Below are positions 20,431 to 30,820 of a stretch of 64,000 nucleotides of DNA, piece by piece (position 1 is the first letter of the stretch; each line of letters opens with the position of its first letter). Origin of the DNA: Candidatus Krumholzibacteriia bacterium (GTDB lineage: Bacteria > Krumholzibacteriota > Krumholzibacteriia > LZORAL124-64-63); the NCBI GenBank assembly GCA_035447065.1, contig DAOTGJ010000001.1:79694-143693 (forward strand). Direction: 5' to 3'. Made by a program: the position numbers and the translations under genes. The notes under the pieces were generated by a model. The model had not been told where the DNA came from, did not search any database, and saw only the letters and a list, made by a program, of their open reading frames with translations.

Positions 20431-20652
20431 ATGAGCACGGACACCAAGGAATTCGGCGCCATCTACATCGGGGCCGAGGAGACCGTCACCCAGGTCATGA
20501 CGTCGGTCGAGGCCGCCGAGTACCTCAAGATGCACGTCAAGACCGTCTGCCGTCTGGCCAAGGAAGGCAAGATCCCCGCGAAGAAGGTCGGCAGCGAGTG
20601 GCGCTTCCTGCGCCGCGTGCTGGACGGCTGGCTGGCCAAGGAGCTCGTCTGA
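20431..20652 (+). CDS. Small helix-turn-helix DNA-binding protein (excisionase/MerR-like HTH)
   Basis: ORF 20401..20652; I prefer the ATG at 20431. The sequence TSVEAAEYLKMHVKTVCRLAKEGKIPAKKVGSEWRF is typical of the excisionase-family HTH. Confidence 0.8.
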   Translation: MSTDTKEFGAIYIGAEETVTQVMTSVEAAEYLKMHVKTVCRLAKEGKIPAKKVGSEWRFLRRVLDGWLAKELV

Positions 20653-20654
20653 CC

Positions 20655-21569
20655 ATGGACTTCGGGCTGGAGGTCCGGGAGCTGGACCCGCCCCACTCGG
20701 TGGCGGTGGCCTGCTTCGGCGTGAGCGGGCATGGCGACGTGGCGCGGCTCGAGGCCGTCGCCACGGATCCGACCGTGCGCGCCGCGCGCCGCGTGGTCCT
20801 GGACCTGCGCCGGCTCGGCTCCGCCAGTCCGTACCTGGTCCGGGCCATGGTGGCCTGGCAACGTTCCCTGCTGGACCGGGGCGCCAGCCTCGTGGTCCTG
20901 GGGGCCAACAGCGTGATCCGCTGGCGGCTGGCCCGGGCCCGAGGCGAGCTGCCGTTGCCGGAGGCCGAGGGCCTGGACGCGGCCCGCAATCTTCCTCTGG
21001 ATTCCCTGCAGCACGTGGAGGTGGGCGGACGCCGGGAACGGGATCCCGTGGAGCACGCTCCGCGGCCCCTCCAGGGTCTGTCCCGGAACCTCGACGCCGC
21101 CGGCGCCGGACTCGCCGCCGCCGCCCTGTCGGTCCTGCAGCAGGCGGGCCTGGCGGAGCGGGCGGTCGTGGTGCCGGTGCGCGACGGCCGCCTCCAGGGT
21201 CCGAGCCATCTTGATGGCCCGGCGGAGACGGGCGACCTGGTGCGCCAGCTCGAAGCGGCCCGGGGGATCCTGGAGGTCGAGCACGTGGACCGCGAGTCCT
21301 GCGGGCTCGCGGAGCTGGCGTTGCTGCATCGATGCGGCGCCGATCTGCTCGTCCCCGCGCGCGAGAGCGGGGCCCTGCACGGCCTGTTGGCGGTGCGCAG
21401 CGGCCGGGGCGGCCTGGCCTCCTACCGCAGCGGCGAGGTCCTGGCCCTGGAGCTCCTGGGGCTCTGGCTCGGGGGCCGGTTGGCCGAGACGGCCAAGGCG
21501 CCTGCGGACGTGCCGGCCTGGGAGCTGGAGGAGATCCCTCTGGATGCTGTGCCGCTGGAAGCGGTCTGA
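20655..21569 (+). CDS. STAS-like plus GAF-like two-domain protein (hypothetical regulator)
   Basis: This is the C-terminal part of ORF 20247..21569. The ATG at 20655 is 2 nt after the HTH stop. The N-terminus is STAS-like (VVLDLRRLGSASPYLVRAMV...LVVLGAN). The C-terminus is GAF-like (LLVPARESGALHGLLAVRS...EVLALELLG). Confidence 0.65.
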   Translation: MDFGLEVRELDPPHSVAVACFGVSGHGDVARLEAVATDPTVRAARRVVLDLRRLGSASPYLVRAMVAWQRSLLDRGASLVVLGANSVIRWRLARARGELPLPEAEGLDAARNLPLDSLQHVEVGGRRERDPVEHAPRPLQGLSRNLDAAGAGLAAAALSVLQQAGLAERAVVVPVRDGRLQGPSHLDGPAETGDLVRQLEAARGILEVEHVDRESCGLAELALLHRCGADLLVPARESGALHGLLAVRSGRGGLASYRSGEVLALELLGLWLGGRLAETAKAPADVPAWELEEIPLDAVPLEAV

Positions 21570-21613
21570 TCCGACCGTCGACGTTCCCGCAACTCCTTGC
21601 CGATGGACCAGTT

Positions 21614-21641
21614 GAAGCGCCGCCCGCAGGGGCGGCGCTTC
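21614..21641 (+). terminator. Hairpin terminator after the STAS-GAF gene
   Basis: Perfect 12-bp stem GAAGCGCCGCCC / GGGCGGCGCTTC with loop GCAG, 45 nt after the stop. The T-tract is weak (GCGTTACCC). Confidence 0.55.
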
Positions 21642-21894
21642 GCGTTACCCGACGCCCTCTCCGCCTCGCCGCCGACGTCGCGCCCCCGCCGCCGTCGCAA
21701 CCAGCCACCTCAGGCCAGGTTAGCTTTCGGCTCGACCCCGCGCGTCCGCTGGCCGCCGACTTGCAGTCCGGCCGCGGGGGCGACGAGGAGGAGAACGGGA
21801 GGCTCCGCCGTGTCGCAGGGTCCCGTCGGTCGGTGCAAGGGCGCCTCACTGCTCCGGCCGACGGCCCACCCCGAGTCTCGTCCAAGGAGCAGCC

Positions 21895-22221
21895 ATGTCC
21901 CCGCACACCGCCGCGCGCCATCTCGCCGTCCGACTCGCCGTCCTTCTCGATCCCCGCGTCCGTCTGCTGGACGTGGCGGTGGATCCCCGCCGCCGCGAGC
22001 TGCGCCTGCGCGCCCTGTGGTGCGGGCCGGGGCCGCGGGTGCTGGAGGGGAGGGCGCCGCTGCCCGGGCCCCATGCGGTGGAGGAGCGGCCGCTGCTGCT
22101 GGCCGCCGCCCAGGCCGTGGCGGCGCTGGCGGTGTCGTCGGAGCTGGGGCTGCGGGTCCTGGCGGGGGTCAGGCGTCGGCGGCCGCCGGCGCATCCTCGT
22201 CCGTCTCGGCGCGGTTGGTGA
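21895..22221 (+). CDS. Hypothetical small protein (108 aa); its 3' end overlaps the convergent cdaA
   Basis: The ATG is preceded by AAGGAG at a 6-nt spacing. G/C at third positions is as high as in neighbouring real genes. I recognise no family. The last 53 nt are antisense to the cdaA C-terminus, so the true end, or the gene itself, is uncertain. Confidence 0.3.
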   Translation: MSPHTAARHLAVRLAVLLDPRVRLLDVAVDPRRRELRLRALWCGPGPRVLEGRAPLPGPHAVEERPLLLAAAQAVAALAVSSELGLRVLAGVRRRRPPAHPRPSRRGW

Positions 22222-22969
22222 GGGTGAAGATGCGGTTGAGCTCGGCGGTCAGGTCGTCGCCGGAGAGGCCGCGCCGGATCTCGCCGCGGTAGACCAGGCT
22301 GATGGCCCGCGTCTCCTCCGAGACCACGATGACCACGGCGTCGCACAGCTCGCTCAGGCCGATGGCCGCGCGGTGCCGCGTGCCCAGCATGAAGCCGAAC
22401 TCGGTGCGCTCGGTGATGGGCAGGATGCAGCTCGCCGCCACCACCTTGTCCCGCGAGACGATGATGGCGCCGTCGTGCAGGGGGCCGGGCACGGTGAAGA
22501 TGGACTCGATGAGCTCGCTGGTCACATCGGCGTTGATCATGGTGCCCGTGCGCGCCCAGCGTCCCAGGCTGATCTCCCGCTCCAGCACGATGAGCGCGCC
22601 CAGTCCGCGCCGCGACAGGCGCTCCACCGCGCGCACCACCTCCTGCTCCGAGGGCAGGTCGTCCTGGGCGGTGAAGATGTTCAGCCCGCGCCGCCGCCCG
22701 AGGTAGGTCAGGGCGGTGCGCAGCTCCGGCTGGAAGATGATGATGAACGCCACCACCCACACGGTCTGCAGCGAGGAGATGATCTGCTTCACCACGATCA
22801 TCCCCAGCCGGTCCGCGATCCAGCTCAGCATCACCAGCAGGGCCAGGCCGATGAACATCTGCACCGTCCGCGTGCCGCGCACCAGCAGCAGCAGGCGGTA
22901 GAGCAGGAACGCCACGATCAGGATGTCGAGGACGTCGATGATCAGGCTGTTGGCGATGGCGTCCAGCAT
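22169..22969 (-). CDS. cdaA: Diadenylate cyclase (c-di-AMP synthase), membrane-anchored CdaA type
   Basis: 266-aa ORF with three N-terminal TM segments (DVLDILIVAFLLYRLLLL...). The DAC-domain motifs are PLHDGAIIV and GTRHRAAIGLSE. Confidence 0.95.
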   Translation of the reverse strand: MLDAIANSLIIDVLDILIVAFLLYRLLLLVRGTRTVQMFIGLALLVMLSWIADRLGMIVVKQIISSLQTVWVVAFIIIFQPELRTALTYLGRRRGLNIFTAQDDLPSEQEVVRAVERLSRRGLGALIVLEREISLGRWARTGTMINADVTSELIESIFTVPGPLHDGAIIVSRDKVVAASCILPITERTEFGFMLGTRHRAAIGLSELCDAVVIVVSEETRAISLVYRGEIRRGLSGDDLTAELNRIFTLTNRAETDEDAPAAADA

Positions 22970-23039
22970 GCTCGCTCGCGGGATCGGGGTGGGTGGTTGC
23001 TCCTTCGGCGGCCGAGCTTACTCCAGGCGCCGCCGCGCC

Positions 23040-23917
23040 TCAACGTCGGATCGCGGCCAGGACGTCAAGGAACTGGCGGGTGGCGGCCACGTCGTGCACG
23101 CGCACCACGGCCGCGCCGGCGTCCAGGGCCGCGGCCGCCGCGGCCAGGCTGCCGCCCAGGCGGTCCGGCGTCTCCGCCCCCGTCAGACGGCCGATGAACG
23201 ATTTGCGCGACGCGCCCAGCAGGCACGGCCGCCCGCCGGCCGCCCGGGCCAGCCCGCGCAGCAGGGCCAGGTTGTGTTCCAGGGTCTTGCCGAAGCCGAT
23301 GCCCGGATCCACCAGGATGCGGCGCGGGTCCACGCCCGCGGCCTCGGCGGCTGTCGCCCGCTCGGCCAGGAAGGCGCGTACCTCGGCCACGGGGTCCGCG
23401 TACGCCGGCGCCGTCTGCATGGTGGCCGGCGTGCCCTGCATGTGCATGAGCACCAGGCCCGCGCCCCGCGCCGCGGCCAGGGGCAGCAGCTCGGGATCGT
23501 CGCGGCCGGCGCTCACGTCGTTGATGCCGTCGGCGCCGGCGTCCAGCGCGGCGCGGGCCACCGCGGCCCGGCGGGTGTCCACGGTCAGGGGCAGGTCGCA
23601 GACCCGGCGCACGGCCTCCACCACGGGCAGCAGGCGCCGCAGCTCCGCCTCGGCGTCCACCGGCGCGGAGCCGGGGCGCGTGGACTCGGCGCCCACGTCC
23701 AGCAGCTCGGCCCCGGCGTCGGCCATGGCCCGGGCCAGGTCCGCGGCGGCCCGGGCGTCCACCCGCGAGGCCGCGTGGAAGCTGTCCGGCGTGGCGTTGA
23801 GGATGCCCATGACCAGAGGCCGGCCCGGCGGCGTCAGGGCGCGGTCGCCCAACAGGAACGCAGCGGCGCCGGAGGCCGGCGCCGCTGCGGAGGAGGGACT
23901 CGGATGGGGATCGCGGG

Positions 23918-23921
<4 letters not shown>
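23040..23921 (-). CDS. folP: Dihydropteroate synthase
   Basis: 293-aa ORF. Motifs are GILNATPDSF, DVGAESTRPG, INDVSAG, LMHMQGTP, DPGIGFGKT and SRKSFIG. Its start overlaps the ftsH stop by 4 nt. Confidence 0.95.
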
Positions 23922-25912
<1,991 letters not shown>

Positions 25913-25966
25913 GCGTCTCCTTGCGGTCAGGCGTCCGTGCAGGCCGATCCGGGGGGATCGCGCCGA

Positions 25967-27367
25967 TCAATCGGCGTCCGGACGGGCGTCGGCATCCCGA
26001 AAACCAACGGTCAGTGTAACGGCCTCATCCGTGTGCGGCAACCACCGGGTGCGCTCGTCGCGGGCCAGTCCCACCAGCCAGAGCGGACCGTCGTCGTCCT
26101 CGACCAGCAGGACGTCGCCGCGGCGGTCCCGCGGCACGCGGGCCTCCCGCAGAAGGTCGCTCACCTTCTTGGTCCCGTCCAGTCCGATCGGCCGCAGCCT
26201 GTCTCCCGGCCGCCAGGGCCGCAGGCGAGCCCGGCCGCGCAGGGCGGCGGCGGGCAGGGCCAGGCGCCAGCGGTCGTCGGGCGGGGCCAGGCCGGCCTCG
26301 GGTGCGCACGGGTCCAGGTCCGCGGGCACGCCGGGGGCGGTGTGGAGCCGCGGCCGTGGCCGCGGCGCGACGGTCGCATCCCCGCGTACGATCCGCAGCA
26401 GGTCCTGCGAGCGCACCGCGCGCCAGCCGGCGCCCAGCTCCAGGGCGGTGCCGGCCCCGGACCCGGGCAGCCACGCCGCCAGGGCGGTCAGCCGCTCCTC
26501 CGTCAGCGGGGAGGGGCCCGGCTCCCGCTCCGCCACGATGCGGCGGACCACGCGGAGCAGCAGCGCCGGCGGCAGGTGCGCGGCGATGGGCCAGGGCAGG
26601 GCGTCGGTAGGCAGGCCGCGGCGGTCCCAGGCGCGCCGCCGGGCCGCGGCCAGGCGGTCCAGGGCCGCGGCGTCGCGGGCGGCGATGGCGGCGGTGCGGG
26701 CCGGGCCCGCCAGGGCGGAAGGGCCGAAGATCTCCCGCAGCACGGGCACCAGGTCGCGGCGGAGGCGGGCGCGCAGATTGGCGTCGCCCACGTTCGTGGC
26801 GTCGATGCGCCAGGGCTGGTCCAGGGTCGTCAGGACCGCTTCCACCTCCGCCCGGGTCCAGCGGAGCAGCGGACGCACCCAGGAGCCCCGGCGCGGCGCC
26901 ATGGCGCGCAGGCCGTCGGGGCCCGTGCCGCGGAAGAGGCGCAGCAGCACGGTCTCGGCCTGGTCGTCGGCGTGGTGGCCCAGGGCCACGGCGGCGAGCG
27001 GGGGCCGATCCGCCAGCACGCGGCGCAGGAAGGCGTGGCGGGCGTCGCGCAGGGCGGCCTCGCCCGGAGCGGCGCCGGGAGGCCAGGCCAGGGATTCGCG
27101 GTGCAGGGGGATGCCCAGCCGGGCGCAGAGGTCGGCGCAGAAGGCGGCGTCGGCGTCGGCGTCGGCGCCGCGCAGGCCGTGGTGGAGGTGGGCGGCCTCC
27201 ACCGGTCCGCCGCCGGAGTCGCGGCGGGCGGCCGCGGCGCGCAGGAGCAGCACGGAATCGGGACCGCCGGACAAGGCCACGAGAACCCCGGCGCCGGAAG
27301 GCAGCAGGCGATCCAGATCGACGACGGCACGGGTGAGGGACGCGGGGGAGGGAGGCATGACGGCCAC
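25967..27367 (-). CDS. tilS: tRNA(Ile)-lysidine synthase
   Basis: 466-aa ORF with a GTG start at 27367 (alternative ATG at 27358). It has the PP-loop SGGPDS, plus GHHADDQAETVLLRLFRG and WRIDATN. Confidence 0.9.
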   Translation of the reverse strand: MAVMPPSPASLTRAVVDLDRLLPSGAGVLVALSGGPDSVLLLRAAAARRDSGGGPVEAAHLHHGLRGADADADAAFCADLCARLGIPLHRESLAWPPGAAPGEAALRDARHAFLRRVLADRPPLAAVALGHHADDQAETVLLRLFRGTGPDGLRAMAPRRGSWVRPLLRWTRAEVEAVLTTLDQPWRIDATNVGDANLRARLRRDLVPVLREIFGPSALAGPARTAAIAARDAAALDRLAAARRRAWDRRGLPTDALPWPIAAHLPPALLLRVVRRIVAEREPGPSPLTEERLTALAAWLPGSGAGTALELGAGWRAVRSQDLLRIVRGDATVAPRPRPRLHTAPGVPADLDPCAPEAGLAPPDDRWRLALPAAALRGRARLRPWRPGDRLRPIGLDGTKKVSDLLREARVPRDRRGDVLLVEDDDGPLWLVGLARDERTRWLPHTDEAVTLTVGFRDADARPDAD

Positions 27368-27384
27368 CGGAGGGCAAAAAAAAG

Positions 27385-27461
27385 TGGTAGCGGCTCAGGG
27401 ATTCGAACCCCGGACACACGGATTATGATTCCGTTGCTCTAACCAACTGAGCTAAGCCGCC
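27385..27461 (-). tRNA. Elongator-type tRNA with anticodon CAU (Met, or Ile2 after lysidinylation)
   Basis: Reverse complement: GGCGGCT-TA-GCTC-AGTTGGTTA-GAGC-A-ACGGA-ATCATAA-TCCGT-GTGTC-CGGGG-TTCGAAT-CCCTG-AGCCGCT-A-CCA (77 nt, clean cloverleaf, encoded CCA). The 1:72 pair is G-U, not the initiator-type C-A mismatch, and there are no three G:C pairs at the base of the anticodon stem. Confidence 0.9.
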
Positions 27462-27616
27462 ACCATATTGGGATGTCCGCCGGTCGGACCGGCAAGGGGG
27501 GAATCTAGGCCAAGGCTCCGCGCTTGTCAAGGCAGCGCTGCGTCGTTATGGTCGAATCCGTGTGCGACCAAGGAGTTGCCGCCGCGGCGGCCTGGCCCGT
27601 GACCCAGGGAGTCCCC

Positions 27617-28312
27617 ATGAACGAGACGGTCTTCTCGCGCTTCTACGCCATCGTCGTGGCGCCGCGGGCGGCCATGGAGGCCGTGCGCGCGGAGCCGCGC
27701 TGGACGGCGGCCGCCTTGGCCATCGTCCTGATGGTGGCGGTGCTGGCCGCGGCCACCGTCCCCATCGCGGGCCCGGAGCAGCTGGACATGATGCAGGAGA
27801 CGTCGTTGGGCCGGCACCTGCCGCCGGAGGAGATCGAGCAGGCCTACGCCCAGTTCGAGGACATGGGCCTCAAGGACCGCCTCATGAGCGGTCTGCAGGC
27901 CGGCTTCAGCGTGCTGGTCTCGCTGCTGATCATGTCGCTGGTCTACCTGCTCTTCGGCCGGCTCGCGGGCGGGCGCGCCACCTACCAGCAGATCCTGGGC
28001 GTGCTCTTCTGGGCCAACGTGGTGGGCATCGGGCTGGGGTCGCTGGTGAAGCTGCCGCTGGTGCTGGCCACGGGATCGTCGCTGAGGGTCTCGCTGGGGC
28101 CGGCACTTCTGGTGGCGGACCGGGGGCCGCTGGATCCCATGTTCCAGCTCCTGTCGTTCTTCGACGTCTTCAGCCTCTGGGCCGTGGCCCTGGTGGTGCT
28201 GGGCCACGAGGCGGTGCACGGCTTCGCCCGGAGCAAGGCCGCGGCCGTGGCCGGCGGCGCCTGGCTGCTGATGGTTTCCGTGATGTTCGGCGTGGCGCGT
28301 CTGGTGTCCTAG
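27617..28312 (+). CDS. Yip1-domain-like integral membrane protein
   Basis: ORF 27524..28312; I prefer the ATG at 27617 (MNETVFSRFYAIVVAPRAAMEAV), preceded by GGGAG. It has five hydrophobic segments. The family call is by resemblance only. Confidence 0.65.
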   Translation: MNETVFSRFYAIVVAPRAAMEAVRAEPRWTAAALAIVLMVAVLAAATVPIAGPEQLDMMQETSLGRHLPPEEIEQAYAQFEDMGLKDRLMSGLQAGFSVLVSLLIMSLVYLLFGRLAGGRATYQQILGVLFWANVVGIGLGSLVKLPLVLATGSSLRVSLGPALLVADRGPLDPMFQLLSFFDVFSLWAVALVVLGHEAVHGFARSKAAAVAGGAWLLMVSVMFGVARLVS

Positions 28313-28342
28313 GCGGCCGCGGGCGCGGCGGGGGAGGCGATC

Positions 28343-29587
28343 GTGAAGAAGTGGCTGATCCTGATCGGCGTGCTGGTGGTGGCGGGGCTCGTGGTGGGCA
28401 ATCTGCGCCACAAGGGCGGCAAGGCCGTGGCGGTGGAGACCGCCCAGGTGGGACGCAAGGATCTGGTGGAGACGGTGACCGCCTCGGGCTCGCTCACGCC
28501 CAAGCGCAAGGTGGACGTGAGCGCCAACACCATGGGCCGCATCACGCGGCTGGCCGTGGCGGAGGGCGATACCGTTCAGGCCGGGCAGGTGCTGCTGGAG
28601 ATCGACCCGGTGGAGGCGGCGTCGGCGGTGCGCGCGGCGGAGGCGTCGGTGACCACGGCGCGCGCCGACCAGGCGCTGGCCGACGCCACCGCGGCCAAGT
28701 CGGCCAAGGATCTGGAGCGGCTGGAGGAGCTGCACCGCGGCGGCGTGGCCACCGACGAGCAGCTGGACGCCGCCCGCACCACGCTGACCGTGGACCGGGC
28801 CCGCGCCGACGCCGCCCGCGCCCGCCTGGCCCAGGCCCGCGCCAACCTGGACAAGGCCGCCCACGACCTGGACAAGGTCACCATCACCGCCCCCATGAGC
28901 GGCGTGGTCACGCGCCTGGACGTGGAGGAGGGCGAGAACGCGGTGATGGGCACCCTGAACGTGGCCGGCACCGTGCTGCTGGTCATCTCGGACCTCTCCA
29001 CCATGGAGGCCGAGGTGGACGTGGACGAGACCGAGGTGGTGCGCGTGGCGGTGGGTCAGCCGGTGCGCGTGGAGATCGACGCCTTTCCGGACACCACCTT
29101 CGCCGGCGTGGTGACCGAGGTGGGCAACAGCCCCATCTACACCAGCACGGGGCAGAACCGGCAGGCCGTGGACTTCAAGGTCACGGTCACGTTGACCGAC
29201 GACGTGCCGGGCGTGCGGCCCGGCCTCTCCGCCAAGGCCGACATCCGCGTGGCGTCGGCCGACCAGGCCCTGGCCCTGCCCATCGGCGCCGTGACCGTGC
29301 GCGAGTGGCCGCCGCGGCCCCGCGCCGAGCGCCGCCGCGGCCGTCCCCGCGCCGCCGCTCCCGACAGCGTGGAGCGCGAGGAGCGCGAGGGCGTGTTCCG
29401 CATCCAGGACGGCACGGCGGAGTTCGTGCCCGTGACCCTGGGCATCACCGGCGAGGACGACTTCCAGGCCCTGGCCGGCGTGGAGGCGGGCTGGACCATC
29501 GTCACCGGCCCGTTCCGCGAGCTGCGCGATCTGGAGCACGGCGACGCGGTGAAGCCCGCCGACGCCGAGAAGAAGCGCGGGCGCTAG
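28343..29587 (+). CDS. Efflux periplasmic adaptor (HlyD/MacA family membrane fusion protein)
   Basis: 414-aa ORF with a GTG start. It has an N-terminal anchor, the lipoyl-like GQVLLEIDP...ITAPMSGVVT, a coiled-coil hairpin, and a beta-barrel region. Confidence 0.9.
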   Translation: MKKWLILIGVLVVAGLVVGNLRHKGGKAVAVETAQVGRKDLVETVTASGSLTPKRKVDVSANTMGRITRLAVAEGDTVQAGQVLLEIDPVEAASAVRAAEASVTTARADQALADATAAKSAKDLERLEELHRGGVATDEQLDAARTTLTVDRARADAARARLAQARANLDKAAHDLDKVTITAPMSGVVTRLDVEEGENAVMGTLNVAGTVLLVISDLSTMEAEVDVDETEVVRVAVGQPVRVEIDAFPDTTFAGVVTEVGNSPIYTSTGQNRQAVDFKVTVTLTDDVPGVRPGLSAKADIRVASADQALALPIGAVTVREWPPRPRAERRRGRPRAAAPDSVEREEREGVFRIQDGTAEFVPVTLGITGEDDFQALAGVEAGWTIVTGPFRELRDLEHGDAVKPADAEKKRGR

Positions 29588-29590
29588 GCC

Positions 29591-30820
29591 ATGAACCTCC
29601 TGGAAGGCGTGCGCATCGCCCTGGGCAGCCTGCGGACCCACAAGCTGCGCACCTTCCTGACCCTGCTGGGCAACATCGTGGGCACCATGAGCGTGATCGC
29701 GGTGGTGTCGCTCATCAACGGCGTGGACATCTACGCGCGGCAGAAGGTGCTGGAGGAGGGCTCCAACGTGTTCACCGTGTCGCGGGTGAACATGTTCGCC
29801 ATCCTCACGGACCTGGACGCCTTCCTGGAGTCCCTGGACAACCCCGACCTCACCCTGGACGACGTGCGCTGGCTGAGCCGCAAGATGGAGACGGCCGGCG
29901 TGGTGGGCGCCCACGTGGAGCGCACGGCGGACCTGCGCGGCCGCGGCCGCGATTCGCGCGGCGTCACCGTGCGCGGCAAGACCGCCGACTACCCCCTGCT
30001 GGAGGACCTGCCCCTGCACGCGGGCCGCCACATCACGCCGCAGGAGGTGGCCGCGAGCCGCCCCGTGACGGTGCTGGGCTGGGAGGTGGCGCGGGACCTC
30101 TTCCCCGAGCTGGACGACCCGGTGGGCCGCACCGTGAAGCTGGGCGGCCGCCACCTCGAGGTGGTGGGCGTGGTGGAGGACCGCGGCACCGTGCTGGGCA
30201 ACAGCCGCAACCGCTTCGCGGTGATCCCGGTGACCACGCACCTCAAGGTCTTCGGCGCGCGCGAGTCCGTGGACATCAAGGTGGCGGTGGACGACCTCAC
30301 GGAGATGGAGTCGGCCCAGGAGGAGGCGCGCGCGCTCATGCGGGTGCGGCACCGGCTGCGCCCCATGGAGGACGACGACTTCGGCGTGGTCACCCGCGAC
30401 GAGCTGCTGCAGCTCTGGTCCGGCGTGTCCAAGGCCATCTACGCTGCGCTCACGCCCCTGGTGGGCATCAGCCTGGTGGTGGGCGGCATCGTGCTCATGA
30501 ACATCATGCTGGTGGCGGTGACCGAGCGCACGCGCGAGGTGGGGGTGCGCAAGGCGGTGGGCGCCACGCGGCTGGCCATCCTCTGGCAGTTCCTGGTGGA
30601 GTCGGTCACGCTGTCGCTGGCGGGGGGAGTGCTGGGCATCCTCATCGGCCTGGGGCTGGCGCTGGCCATCGCCGCGGCCAGCCCGCTGCCCTTCGCCTTC
30701 GCGAGCTGGGCGCCGGCGCTGGGGCTGGGCGTGACGTTCGTGCTGGGGCTGGTCTTCGGCACCTATCCGGCGTGGAAGGCCGCGGGGTTGGATCCGGTGG
30801 AGGCGCTGCGCCATGAATAG
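29591..30820 (+). CDS. ABC-transporter permease, MacB/FtsX type (no ATPase domain)
   Basis: 409-aa ORF. The N-terminus is LRTHKLRTFLTLLGNIVG, followed by a large periplasmic domain. The C-terminal FtsX block is VTERTREVGVRKAVGAT...FGTYPAWKAAGLDPVEALR. Confidence 0.9.
   Translation: MNLLEGVRIALGSLRTHKLRTFLTLLGNIVGTMSVIAVVSLINGVDIYARQKVLEEGSNVFTVSRVNMFAILTDLDAFLESLDNPDLTLDDVRWLSRKMETAGVVGAHVERTADLRGRGRDSRGVTVRGKTADYPLLEDLPLHAGRHITPQEVAASRPVTVLGWEVARDLFPELDDPVGRTVKLGGRHLEVVGVVEDRGTVLGNSRNRFAVIPVTTHLKVFGARESVDIKVAVDDLTEMESAQEEARALMRVRHRLRPMEDDDFGVVTRDELLQLWSGVSKAIYAALTPLVGISLVVGGIVLMNIMLVAVTERTREVGVRKAVGATRLAILWQFLVESVTLSLAGGVLGILIGLGLALAIAAASPLPFAFASWAPALGLGVTFVLGLVFGTYPAWKAAGLDPVEALRHE

Noticed and set aside
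20431-20652. Excisionase-family HTH as a marker of an integrated mobile element
   Set aside because: No integrase, recombinase, transposase or flanking direct or inverted repeats are nearby, and composition does not shift. A tRNA occurs 7 kb away but with housekeeping genes in between. It is more likely a stand-alone regulator.
20188-22194. 668-aa minus ORF and other R/P-rich ORFs (21332..23197 +, 21597..22292 +) covering the HTH / STAS-GAF genes and the spacer before cdaA
   Set aside because: The extreme Arg/Pro/Gly content has no hydrophobic periodicity and no motifs. They overlap better-supported genes. I also looked here for a CdaR/YbbR gene downstream of cdaA and found none.
27527-30816. 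1095-aa minus ORF and 1084-aa + ORF spanning the Yip1, MacA and MacB genes
   Set aside because: Both are Arg/Gly/Pro/His-rich with no recognisable domains. They overlap four genes that have clear family motifs in another frame.
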